Positions 1 through 12,100 of a DNA stretch of 33,571 nucleotides are shown here, piece by piece. This stretch comes from Reclinomonas americana ATCC 50394 (taxonomy: Eukaryota). Position 1 is the stretch's first letter. Each line of letters starts with the position of its first letter. Under the pieces are notes generated by a model. It was given only the letters and a program-made list of their open reading frames with translations. It did not search any database and was not told the DNA's origin. Location of the stretch: contig PS015291.1 in assembly GCA_048213135.1 (NCBI GenBank), positions 1 through 33,571 of the forward strand. The letters run 5' to 3'. The position numbers and the translations under genes were made by a program.

Positions 1-292
1 GATACCAAGGCACCGACACAGGCGGAGGCAGCGGCACTGCAGGTGTCTCCGCAGGCACCGATAACTCGACAGTGGTCGCCGACTTGGCCTTTAACGCGTC
101 GCCTGCCTCCTCGCCCTCTGCAACTCCCGCCTCTCCTCCTAATGAAGGCGAGCGGTGGTGCTCCTCGCCCTCGCCCTCCTCGCTCTCGACATTGTTGCTG
201 CTGTGGTTGACTGTGGGTGTGTCCACGAGCTCGCTCACCACCATCGTCACTGCGCGCTCGACATCGTGTGTGTGCTGTCGCGCCACTGCCAT
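1..292 (-). CDS. 5' end of an unknown protein, acidic/low-complexity N-terminus (runs off the window)
   Basis: ATG at 292 opens a stop-free frame to base 1: MAVARQHTHDVERAVTMVVSELVDTPTVNHSSNNVESEEGEGEEHHRSPSLGG...PPPVSVPWY. No recognisable domain. Confidence 0.45.
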   Translation of the reverse strand, partial: MAVARQHTHDVERAVTMVVSELVDTPTVNHSSNNVESEEGEGEEHHRSPSLGGEAGVAEGEEAGDALKAKSATTVELSVPAETPAVPLPPPVSVPWY

Positions 293-501
293 TTACAGAA
301 TGACGCGCGCGTGTGTGTGTGTATCAGAGGAAAAGAGAGAGAAAGAGAAGGGGGGAATGTCAGCGTGTGCGTGCGCGCGCCCGCGGCAACACGACGAGAA
401 ACAGAAAGAGGATGCATTCACCCCACCATTCAATCGATGAATGAATGCATTGGGTGCGTACATTGAGAGATTGGGCATGGAGGACGCGGGCGAGCTTGTG
501 T

Positions 502-2651
502 TCAGTCACGTGGTGGCAGAGCGTGAGTGGGCCCACCGCGCGGTGGCACCCCCGCACCCTGTGATGTGGTCAGCAAGAGGAGGAGAAGGACAAGGAAGAG
601 GGCAAGACGGTGGACGAACCATGGTGACTGGTGCCGACGAGTGCGGCATTGTCACTCGTTGTGGTGAGGCCATGTACATGCCGGGGTAACTGCGCGAGGT
701 GCAATTGGTGTGTGTTTCTGTGCGCATCCTCTCATTGATCTTGTACGCACCCCACAGAGGCACCGTAGGCGAACTGGAATGGCGACTGCGGCATGGCGGG
801 TGCGTACACGGGGCCTTGTGGGCTGAACAGCATCATTGGCTGCGCGAAAGTTAGTGTGTGGCATGCCAGGCAGGCGAAGGGGGAGCGACAACACCTGCAT
901 GTGTCGCGGTGGCGGTGGCGGCGGTGGTGGTGGGGAAGAGAACATGTAGTGGCTGGGTGGTGGGTGGCGTGTGGGCGGGGAGGCAAACACCATCTCAGGC
1001 GACACCATGATGGTGGTGGTGCTGGCGGTGGTGGTCGTGGTGGCCATCGGCGGCGGTGACGACATTGTGGCGGTCATCATCGGGGCCAGGCGCGGAGGAG
1101 GAGCAGGAGCCACGTCGATGGAGGAGTCGTCGACGTATTCGGGCTGCGGAGGGCGGGTGAGGAAGGAGTGGCCTGTGCGTGCGATCGGGGTGCAGGTCGA
1201 CTCACCTTGTATGCAGGCGGTGACTCCCATGTGTGCCTGGCGCTGAAGGGAGGGAGGAGGGGGAAGGGAAGAGGGGGAAGGGGGAAGGGGTGAGGGAGGC
1301 AGGAGGGAGGAGAAGCGAGGAAAGTGAGGAGGGGGAGGGGAGTGACAGAGAGAGAGTGTGTGTGAGTGAGAAAGACAGACGCAACTGCGACCGAGAGGTG
1401 AAACGCGCGTCGGGTCGAGCGAATTGCACATGCAGCCGCATGCCAAACACCTCGCTGTTGTTCATGGTCTGTTGGCGCAGAGTGGGGTTCAGTTGTGAGA
1501 AGAACGGGAGGAGAGGAGGGGAATGGGACTCACAGCGACAGCATGCTTGGCATCCTTGTGCCGGACGAATGCGACAAAGCCGTACAGGAGACTCTCGTTG
1601 GTCTCCTTGTTCATCATGACGCGGCACGAGCTGATGGTGCCGAACTCCTTGAAGATCTGGTACAGTTGCTGCACGCGGATGGCGGTGAGAGATGTGTCGG
1701 CGACCGTGACTAACACACAAGACGAACCCGGCTGTCGATTGAGTGATGCAGGTTGCGGATGTACAAGTTGGCGACACGCGTGCGCGGCGACGGTCGGTAG
1801 CCGGGTCGGAAGCGCCTGTGACGAGAGCGGTGAGCACGGAGAGCATGGAGCATCGGATGCACGCGCGCGCGACACACCTGGCGGGAGACAGGATCATCTC
1901 GCGCCGGTACAGCCGCGTGTAGTTGAAGTAGTCAATGGCTTCCTCGGCCTGGGTGTTGAAGGTGAGCAGGAGAAGCGAAGGGAAGGTGAGGCAGCAGTAC
2001 CATTTCGGGAGTGAGGAACTTGACGTAGGCGTAGCCGCGTGATTCGAACGTGTCGGACGATCTGCGTGGCCTTCACGTGAGCATTCAGAAACACGACACG
2101 CAGATGCACACACACACACACCTCACGAGTTTGATGTTCACAACCAGCAGGCCAGGGTGTGCCGAGAAGAAGCTGCACAAAGACACAGTGAGAAAGGAGA
2201 ACAGACGAGGGAGAGCGAACAAGAAGGCAGTCAGTCGACTTTTGCAAGATGAGCTCATCGACAACGGGGTCGAGGTTGCTGCAGTGCACTGAGCCAGGCA
2301 CCATCAAGCCCTCTTCCTCTTCCTCTTCCTCTTCTTCCTCTTCCTCGTGGAATGCCTCCTCTCCTTCCTCGTCAAGCACGTTGTCTTGGTCGTCCACAGG
2401 CGACACCTCCCCACGCTGTGTGTGAGACAGAGAGTGACTTTTATGACAAGTTGCGTGATCAAAGTGACTTTCATGCTGACCACTGAGGCGGCCAATGCCG
2501 GCCACATTTCCTCTTGCTCTGCTCGCGTGTGTGTGGAGAGAGAGTGTGCAAGAGGAGGTTGGCGAGTGCGGCGGAGAGCGCGTGGAGTGTGTCGCGTGTG
2601 TGCCTTGCGACGTGAGCTGCTTGGTGGATCGTGTGGTGTGGTGTCGGCCAT
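502..2651 (-). CDS. RNA-binding protein with two RRM domains and a Pro/Thr/Met-rich C-terminal tail (ELAV/PABP-like RRMs), about 11 introns
   Basis: Spliced RRM1: SVHCSNLDPVVDELILQNFFSAHPGLLVVNIKLVRSSDTFESRGYAYVKFLTPEMAEEAIDYFN (RNP1 RGYAYVKF). RRM2: NLYIRNLHHSIDSRQLYQIFKEFGTISSCRVMMNKETNESLLYGFVAFVRHKDAKHAVATMNNSEVFGMRLHVQFA. All joins are GT-AG and in frame. Stop TGA at 502-504. Start (ATG 2651) and first-exon structure are less certain. Confidence 0.85.
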
Positions 2652-2900
2652 GAGTGGGTGTGTGTGTGTGAGAGAGTGAGAGAAGGGGGGAGGGGAGTCT
2701 GTGTGTGTGCTCTTTGCGTGTGTGTGTCGTAAAAGTGCAGGTTTGCGATGCGTGAAGCGCCAAAGTTGGTTGGTTGGGCGGCTGGTGGAAATTGAATGAG
2801 GTCGCGAGTCCACACCGGAAACGCAGCTGCATGATGGTAATGAGCTTAAGTGAGCACCAGCAGAATTGTGGCAGCATGTAAAAAGCGAGAAAATATTGAT

Positions 2901-3327
2901 TGGTGAATGAATTGTTGTCTTGTCTCGGATCCGGACCCGGCGCCGGCTACGCTTTGTTTGCCTTTTCCCGAATTCGATGTGCCGTGTATTCAAGTGCGTC
3001 AAATCCACTGGTCAACCACGCTTATGCGGTGAAGATCGCAGTTCTCGACTTGTTCGGAGCTCCGAGAACGAACACACGCACTCACAAGGAACCTGCTGCT
3101 GCCTCAAGATTGGTGTCTGTGTTGATGTTTTGGATTCGGTTGAACTTGGTCATCAAGACAGCGTTGCTTGTTTGTTGGTGAATGAATTGTTGTTGTTGAT
3201 TTGTTGCTGGCGTTTATGTATCTGCAAGCTCTTGGCTCACATTATCACTGAGACGACAACAACTTATTTCAACTTGGTCATCAAGACAGCTGTTGCTTGT
3301 TTGTTGGTGAATGAATTGTTGTTGTTG
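2901..3327. repeat. Intergenic imperfect direct repeat (~56 bp x2, plus a third core copy)
   Basis: aacttggtcatcaagacagc..ttgcttgtttgttggtgaatgaattgttgttgttg at ~3143-3198 and ~3271-3327. The core tggtgaatgaattgttgt also occurs at 2901-2918. Confidence 0.85.
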
Positions 3328-3409
3328 CAAACAAACAATAGCTGTACGAACACTGCGGCCGAGGAATCGTCAAAAAATCCCGTTCACTGTAACCCTCACC
3401 ACTCACTCA

Positions 3410-6400
3410 CTACACATCCACCTTTAACGCCCCATTCAGCCGACCGATAAAGTTACCGCTGATCAGCACACTTCGACAGTCGACCGACAACAGCAACTGC
3501 GTCTCCAGTATGCCGACAGCATTCGAGCCCGTAACCCGATCGAGCTTGACGGTGCCGGTGGGTAATATGGACTCGAGCGCACGCTTCAGCCGACTCATCT
3601 GCTGCTCCGCACTCCGTTCTCCACCGCCTCCCTCCTCCTCATCATCATCGTCCTCGTCCTCGCCATCGACGCTGGTGTAGTGAATGACAATCTGCGACGA
3701 ATCGCCGTCGTACATCACCGTGTTGTGTCGGGCATTGTCGGCCGTAAAGTGTGACACCAACAGCAAGTCGAGATACGAGGCGAGGACGCGGGGATGCTGT
3801 TGTTGTTGCTGCTGCTGCTGCACCAGTGATGGTGGCGGTTCACTGCCGGCCGTGACCGGCCACATTGCTGCCGTGGCATTCACCATGGCTGGTGTCGACG
3901 TGGGGTGAGGGATCTAGAACTTGCATCACACACACTGAACTACAAACCCGTCGCCTGCAGTGCCTGCACCGAGAGCTCGTCGACTGCATGAGCGGCCGCG
4001 GTTTGCCTCTGTTCGAGTTGAATGAGGCGCTCGGAGGCGGCACGCATCTGTGATACATCATGAGCACATTGCCGGGCGATTTTTTGTTTTTTGTGACGCG
4101 ACTGTTTCCTCCCGTCGACGCTCTTCTGCGCGCGGCGAAGGTGACAGTCGACTGCGCTCGTGCTGCGCGAGATCCCCCAACTTGGATAGCTGGCCCACCA
4201 GTGAGTGACATCAACAAACGAACGAGGGACACGAAAGATGTGTGTACCTCTTGTCGGNNNNNNNNNNNNNNNNNNNNNNNNNNNNNNNNNNNNNNNNNNN
4301 NNNNNNNNNNNNNNNNNNNNNNNNNNNNNNNNNNNNNNNNNNNNNNNNNNNNNNNNNNNNNNNNNNNNNNNNNNNNNNNNNNNNNNNNNNNNNNNNNNNN
4401 NNNNNNNNNNNNNNNNNNNNNNNNNNNNNNNNNNNNNNNNNNNNNNNNNNNNNNNNNNNNNNNNNNNNNNNNNNNNNNNNNNNNNNNNNNNNNNNNNNNN
4501 NNNNNNNNNNNNNNNNNNNNNNNNNNNNNNNNNNNNNNNNNNNNNCGGCACATCATTATCACACAAATAAACTCACGCACCTCGTGCTCGGCATGCCGAC
4601 TGCGCATGGCCGCCCGTGTCTCCTTCAACTCATTCAACAGCTCCTGCTCACGTCGCTGCAGGTGGCGCACAGAGGCCTGGCACTGCGCCACGCGTGTCGA
4701 CCAGTCTGTGGTGTTCTCTTGCACAATGGCGGCAAGCGACTGCGTTCTCTCCCTCGCGATTTTCAGCGCCGCGTCGAGATGCTCCACGAAGCGGTCCCAG
4801 TCGTCGCTGGCAGGAATTGATCTAGCGCGCACACATCAGAGACGCAAGCGGTACGCGAGCCCTCATTGGCAAGACACAACGTACCGACGAACGAGCTGCG
4901 CATTGGCCTGTGCGAGACGCGAGGCGAATTCTTCCAGCCACGCTCCGTCCACCGGCACACATCCTCGCCTGTCGGAATCATCGTCAGGCGAGGCTGGCGG
5001 GCAGACAAGGAGTAAAAGAAAAGGTCACCTCTCTCCCGCGGCAGCCTCGGCCATGGCCATCAGGTCAGCTTGCACACTGCCAGCAATCTCGCCCAGTTGC
5101 CTGCGCAGCGCGCCCGTTTCACCCTGCTGTGCGGGGAGCACGGAGCCCGACGACAGTGTGCGAGCCACCTGCTGCAACAATGCCAGTCCTCGTGCGCCCG
5201 TCCACATTTCGATATCTTCATTCGCGGCGGCGGGTGAGGGGACACGCATCGTGGTACGCACGCACGCACGCACAAATTGTCGACGCAACTCTTGAGCAAG
5301 GCCAGGCAGTCCGCCTGCTGTAGCGCACTCTCGGTGGCCGTCCGCAAGTACCGTACATAGTCGCGCGCGTGCTGCTGAACGAGAGGTTCGTACGACGAGT
5401 TTGGCGTACTTGGCGACCCGGGGTTGCTTCGTGTCGATGGCGGTGATCGCGGCGGCACAGTGGATTTCACCGACGGAGACGTTGTAGTGGTGCCCGTTGC
5501 CGCAGAGGCCGCCGCGACTACCAACTCTGGTTGGAGACGCGCGTGTCGCCACGGTGCATCGCTCAGTTGCGAGTCCACGCGAGCAAACATGGAAGCCAGT
5601 GACCGCGAGGCGTCGCCTGGACACGCACACGCATTCATGGAACGATGAGTGTCGACAAAGAAACGCACAGTCGCCCCTCCCCCCAAAACACCAAAACACT
5701 GCCAACACACCATTGGTCGTGACGGTGCCGGGAGACCGCGACGGAGAAGATTCGCGCGCGGCATTTCCTTCAGTGTGCACCGGCGGCGGCACCACCGTCC
5801 ACATGGGTGGATCAAAAATGGTCAGTTTGAAGCGACGTTGGTTGAGCAAGTCCGCTGCGCGCGCCGTGTCAGCCACAAACAGTTATAGACTCGCCACCTT
5901 GCATATTGATTGCAAAACGCACCCACGGGCAAGTTGCAACAGAGACCGTCGGCATGATACTGCTGTCCGTCGAATCCACCCCACGAGAAGACGAGGACCG
6001 ACTGCGGACCTGTGTGACCCACAACGACGCCTGCGTGACCGCTGCGACCGCTTGGCAAATCCATGGGCGCCGGCAGCCGGTACGACAGCCAATAGTCGCG
6101 ACTAGAGGCCAGATCGCGAGACGTGCCTCCATTGGAGACGACCACCGTGTCTATTCGAGTGTTAGAGAGAGAGAGAGAGGAGGGGAAGAAGTGGAGCGGA
6201 GGGAGAATGCAGCAACTGTCAATGGAGCGCTTCAGCAGGAACGAGTCGTGGCAGCGACCGGCGGCCTCCCAGCCTCCCCACAGCATCACCGCCTGACTGT
6301 CTGCATGCAGGCCGACCGACACCATCGTGGCGTAGCAGCGCTTGGATGGCATCGCGTCACCCAGCAGCGTTACCATGCGCCACGTCCATGTCACTGCATG

Positions 6401-7526
6401 ATCGAGGAGGTCGGGAGAGTGGGTGCCACGTCTTCGAAAGTGAAGACACATACGAGGACGCAACACGTGTTGAGGATCCAGCAATCGTCCAGCATGTTGC
6501 CGTCCTCTCCGAGACCACCAAACACCAGCAGCGAATGCGCATCGACGAGTGCAGTCGAGTGGCCTTTGCGAGCTGGCGGGGACGGCCCATCGAATCGTAT
6601 CCGCGTGCCGAGTCTCGTGGCTGCGCAGCATGAGAACTCTGTCTGCGCAACCATCACCACCGCAGACGCAACTCGGATCAATCACAAACGCATCGGCGCA
6701 AAAGCCCGCCGTGTCAAACCCAAACAACACCACCACACGAATCGCCTTTTCCGCATCCACAGTCGACGGCGACGCAGCCGATGGTGACGACGACTGCTGC
6801 TGCGGCGTTGCTCCCAACGACAACAACGAGGGCGCACTGGGCGCCACCAGCACAGCATCGGCCGAGTGCCCGTTGCGCCCAGTCGGCACATCGCCACGCA
6901 GCGAGTACATTGACCAGCGGAAGCGCGATGTCGTTGCTGCAAGAAACAGTCACTTGTTACTGTACACAAGACTGGCATGCATGCCTGAGAGAGAGAGAGA
7001 GAGAGAGACGCAACAGTCGCGTTGCAGCACGTAGGCATCGTTGAGGTTCTGCCGCCCGTTCCACCCTCCAAAGAGCAAGTATCGACATCGCCGAGGAGGC
7101 GACACCGACACAAATGCATTCCACAGTGCTGTCATGCTGTGTCCCTCACGCGAGGTGGGCACATCGCCGCAGAACGAAGGCCACCGATACACACTTGTCA
7201 CTAACACACAGTGAAAGAGAGAGAGTAAGTGTGTGTGTGTGTGTGTCGAAGAGAGCGGAGTATTGTTCAACAAAATGCAATGCACACACGCTCACCTGGA
7301 TCCACTTCGACTCCATCGCCCAGGTGCCCGTGCGCATCCGAGTATCCGCCCCACACAAGCACATTCATCGCCTGCATGCACGAGAGACACGCGCGCAACA
7401 TTGTCAGCATTGTGCTCACTCTCTCTCTCTCTTTTTCTTCTTTGCTCGCTCACTCACATCCGAGTCGGTGCTGGCGACCAGCACCGCCGAGTGTCGATGT
7501 CGAGGGAAGACCACACGTGACTGCAT
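3410..7526 (-). CDS. Kelch-repeat beta-propeller (6 blades) + low-complexity linker + coiled-coil protein
   Basis: Six Kelch units after splicing: PRHRHSA..VWGG, TSREGHSM..LLFGGWNG, TGRNGHSA..VLFGFD, PARKGHST..LVFGGLG, SKRCYATM..MLWGGWE, SGRSGHAG..SWGGFDG. Heptad-rich exons follow (VRHLQRREQELLNELKETRAAMR; MRAASERLIQLEQRQ), and the last exon ends at stop 3410. One internal gap (4258-4545). The 5' end is either ATG 7526 or lies in the gap 7549-8028. Confidence 0.75.
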
Positions 7527-8028
7527 AGCAGAAGCAGAAGCAGCAGATNNNNNNNNNNNNNNNNNNNNNNNNNNNNNNNNNNNNNNNNNNNNNNNNNNNN
7601 NNNNNNNNNNNNNNNNNNNNNNNNNNNNNNNNNNNNNNNNNNNNNNNNNNNNNNNNNNNNNNNNNNNNNNNNNNNNNNNNNNNNNNNNNNNNNNNNNNNN
7701 NNNNNNNNNNNNNNNNNNNNNNNNNNNNNNNNNNNNNNNNNNNNNNNNNNNNNNNNNNNNNNNNNNNNNNNNNNNNNNNNNNNNNNNNNNNNNNNNNNNN
7801 NNNNNNNNNNNNNNNNNNNNNNNNNNNNNNNNNNNNNNNNNNNNNNNNNNNNNNNNNNNNNNNNNNNNNNNNNNNNNNNNNNNNNNNNNNNNNNNNNNNN
7901 NNNNNNNNNNNNNNNNNNNNNNNNNNNNNNNNNNNNNNNNNNNNNNNNNNNNNNNNNNNNNNNNNNNNNNNNNNNNNNNNNNNNNNNNNNNNNNNNNNNN
8001 NNNNNNNNNNNNNNNNNNNNNNNNNNNN

Positions 8029-9160
8029 GAGGGTGACGCGTGTGAGCCAGCCAGTCACAACACGCAAAACACTTCACCCCCTACGCAACACTGTGGTTCC
8101 ACGACCCTCCAGGCAGTCCTTGAGCAGCAAGCCGAGCATGCTGTCCTCGTAGTGAATCTCGCTGGTGGGCCGGCGCTCGGAGATGTCGCGCAGCAGGGCG
8201 CGGAGCGTGCCGAGAGACGGGTTCGGGTTCATGTCGCGCTGTGCGCCCTTGTTCGGCTGTCGATCAATCAGCGAGTGCGCGAGGTCGACGAGCACAAGCT
8301 TGCCAGTGACCGACGTCTTGGTCAGCGGCCTGAACGAGTCCACGAACAGCGTGTACACAATGTGTGAGCGGTAGCTCTCGCGACGCAGCACCACCCGGTC
8401 AAAGAGATCCTGCTCGTGTCGGATTCGTCAGACTCGCGCAACAAACACACACATAAAATGTTACACAAACGAACCACCAGCGAGTCTTCGCTCTCCACTG
8501 TCAGCAACTTGACATTGCGCAGGAACACATGCTGGCCGTCTTGCTCGTAAACAATCGATTCTGTCGAGGCGACGACGTGCGCGTGAGATTTTCCATCAGA
8601 GACACTGTTCTTGTCATAAAGATGAATGCACTCACCGTTGGTGAACTCGTCGTCCGAGAGAATGTCGCGGACACGGTTCTCCAGCACCTCGATCACGCTA
8701 ACGCGCAGGCGCACCTGGCCGCGGTAGCTCAACTCCTGCCGCTTGGCCTCAATCTGTCGATATGCGCGACTGACAATGCCAGGCTCAGGGGCCAGGCCCT
8801 TGGCTGTCGGCTCGCGACCGTGCAGGGAGAACTCCTTGCAGGCGCTGCCGAGGCCGTAGAACAGCAGACCGACGGCGTTGCCCTCGAACAGCGAATCCAC
8901 CATGGGTTCCAGAGGCGCGTACACCTCCTGCAGCAAAAGGTGAGCGACGCGAGGAAAAAATGTCGAGTAAAGCGAGTGGGACGGCACTCACCGGCTGCGT
9001 GTTGAGGTGATCAAACACGTGGTCAAAGTCGTAGCTGCGCGCGGCGTGCTCCACAAAGGTAATGGAGCGCGCATTGTCCACATCCATGGCGGCGGTCGGG
9101 TTCGAGAACCACTCCGATCCGGTAAATGGTCGCACACGGCAGTACACCTTGACCGTACCC
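8029..9160 (-). other. Kinesin-like domain 6 (degenerate; end in gap)
   Basis: GTVKVYCRVRPF; YDFDHVFD; FYGLGSACKE; YRSHIVYT; GKLVLVDLAHS; IHYEDSMLGLLLKDCL. Confidence 0.85.
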
Positions 9161-12100
9161 GGACCGCGTGAAGCCGCTGCACGAGAAACGGGAAATCGGA
9201 GCGTGAGATATTGACCAGCCAGACTCCTTTTGATGATGACTGAGACGCAACGAGTATCCGACGCCTGCGAACACATCCACATGGTGGCGGGGGCCATTGG
9301 GCGCGTCGACGATGCCGGTGGTGATACCGACTTGTTCGCACGCGCGGACGATCGACCAGCGCTTGATGCGCTGCGCGGACCGGGGCTCACTGTGGAGCGC
9401 GACGATGCCGTGGGCTGGCTCGACGCTGACGGCGGTGCACTGGCTGCCGCAGTCACTGCCGGTGCCTGTGTTTGTGTGTGTGTGGTTCATCACTGTCAGC
9501 AGGAGTGCAATTGTGACACGAGAGTGCAACAACTCGGCTCTGCACGCACCCGCCGTGGACTTCTGGTGTGCTTCACGCCCGCAAACTTGAGCGTGTTCAG
9601 CGTTTCGTCCACATCGAGTGCCGACGGTGACACGTGCAGGAACAGACTGCACCGACAAACGTCAGACTCAACGATGACAACGACAAGCAGAACACTTCCG
9701 GCGCGTCACACACGCAACATGGTGCGGAATGTCCGGCTAAACACATGCTGCAACAGCATGGTCAGCTTGTTCTCGCGCCAGCGCGGCACACGGTGGGTCG
9801 ACGGATCCATCATGTTGCGCAGCAGGTTGCGCAGCGAGTTCAGCGACTGGTTGACGGCCACAGAATCGGCCTTGACCTGCAGGAGGAGAACAGAATCGAC
9901 ACTTGAGGAGTCGAACAATCGCTGCCACCACCGCACTCGAACAGACACGAAACTTCGATTTCAGTGCGCGTCTTGAACGCACGCTCGGAGCCGGCCAGAT
10001 CCGCAAAGAACAGCGAGCCCTGAGCCGGCGGTGAAGACGGATCCGACAGCGAACGGAGCGTCACCACCACGCGGAAGAGCAGGTGTGAACGATCGGGAGT
10101 GCGGCGAGACATGGCCTCCTCCAGGCACATCTGCATCACCGAGGTCAACAACAACTGGGGAAACCGAGACACACAATCGCCAGCGCCACTACCCACCATC
10201 GCATCCTCGAAGCAATCGACACGCATGTGAACTGCACCACGCACAAAAGCGCGATTGCGGCTCTTTGACATGTGCACCGTCAACTTGGGTACCAACTCGT
10301 CCTCATTCTCCGGCTCGTACAGCAGATCGGTAATGTCCTCGCCGCACACTTGCAGAATGCTCCACACCACGTCGGTCACCTCGAGATCGTAATCTGCTCA
10401 CAAACAGTGAGACGAGAGGAACACGACACCACTTCCATCCAGCAGCACACCCACCTTCCAGTTGGCTCGGATCTTCGCTGGCAATCGCCTCACGCTGCGC
10501 ACGGGTGCGCATGAAAATGCGGTTCAACGACCGTGCCAACAGACCTGGGTGCACAGGAATTCAGCAAAAGGCATGTCCACCGAAATCAAGATGCTTGCCA
10601 CACGTACCAGGATCACGCGGCTCGCCCAACATGGTGTGCGTCTTGCCGGCGCTCAACTGGCCGTACGAAATAATGCAGCTCTCGTGACCCGACAGGCACC
10701 ACTCGAGCACATCGTCCACTGAAGCAGCCGCCTCCTGCTCAGCAGCAACCATCGGTCAGTCATCGTCGAGAGGCAGCACGTCGGGGTCGACGCAACATCC
10801 TGAGTGACATTGTAGTCCAGGGCTCGGTCCACCGAGTAGTACTTGTACTCTTGCGACTTGACCTCGACACGCACAGTCTTCTCGTCCGGCATGTCGACAG
10901 CCGGCGAGTACTCACCATGCTCCATCTCCAGGCGGTTGAGTGGGCGCACACGGCAGAACACACGCAACGCGCCAGAACCGAGCAAGCCTGATGTGGATTC
11001 CAATCGTGAGAAACAGCGAGAGGCGAAAACACATTCGACGGGTACGCAACTGGCTCCTGACACGGCCGAATCGGGGCGCGGAATCGGAGACTCGCGCGGC
11101 GTTTGTGTGGCCAGCGTCGGGCGCGCCTTGATGCGGTGGCCGAGAATCGAGCGGCCAAAGATCATGGTCTGTCGGCTTCCCTCCACGTCACCCTCCGTCG
11201 GTGCCACATGCAGGAACACACTAATGGAACAAATCGCGGTGAGATGCACGCCGACAGCAACTGTATCAAAAAAGGCACGCACATGGACTTGGCCGGGGGC
11301 TGCAGGCAGTCGCGGCACACCATGGCGATCTTGCTCTCGCGCCACGGGGCACGTCCTTGAATGAGCTTGTGCAGCACATTCTGCAGAGCGGCGAGCGAGG
11401 CGTTCGGGTTGACCTCCTCCACGGCGGCCTGCGTCGGCACCAATCCAGTGGCCAGCTCCACGAAGCACAGCTTGCCCACGGTCTTGGTCTTGGTGCGCGG
11501 GTCAAACACCTCCACCCACAACGTCACCAAAATGTGCGCCTTGTACGTGCTGCGATGTGCCAGCGAGTCCGTCACCACCTCCATCACGTCGTGGTACGTG
11601 TCCACCGGCACGACTTCGACATGCTCCAAGTACACCTCGCCCGACGCCATCATGCGCACCGACGGCTGACGAGCGGCAGCCAAGCTGCGGCGCTTGGCAT
11701 CGGCGCTCTTCTCGGCCGACGAGCTCGTCACAAAGTCGGGTCTTCGTGGCCGCGACTTGCGCGGAGCATCGTCCGTTGTCAACACGGCAGAAGTCTTGCG
11801 CAAGTGATCCTTGGTCTCCTTGGCCATCAAATCGACCATGGTGTCACCCTGCTCGCACATTGACAGAATGAGCGCCTCTAATCTTGCAATGGTACAAAAC
11901 ACACTGTCATGTAGCGCGCCACGCACCCGCAGCTCCAAGACAGACGCGCGAATGGTGATTGTCTCCGTCTCCTCGTCGACCTTGCGCTGGAAGAAGCGAT
12001 GGCACACCAACCCCAACATCTCTGGTGGTCACACGCAAACACTGGGCGTCAGCCAAACGAAAAAGCAAAAAAAACTTGTAGAAAAACAAGTACACACCAC

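Noticed and set aside
2901-3327. CRISPR-like array
   Set aside because: Only 2-3 copies with irregular long spacing, eukaryotic context, and no cas genes.
7181-7295. Apparent non-canonical GT-GG intron joining MESKWIQ to PSFCGDVPTSREGHS in the Kelch gene
   Set aside because: Another frame (AMNVLVWGGYSDAHGHLGDGVEVDP) is the real Kelch blade and splices canonically G|GTGAGC...TTAG|TG to VTSVYRWPSFCG.
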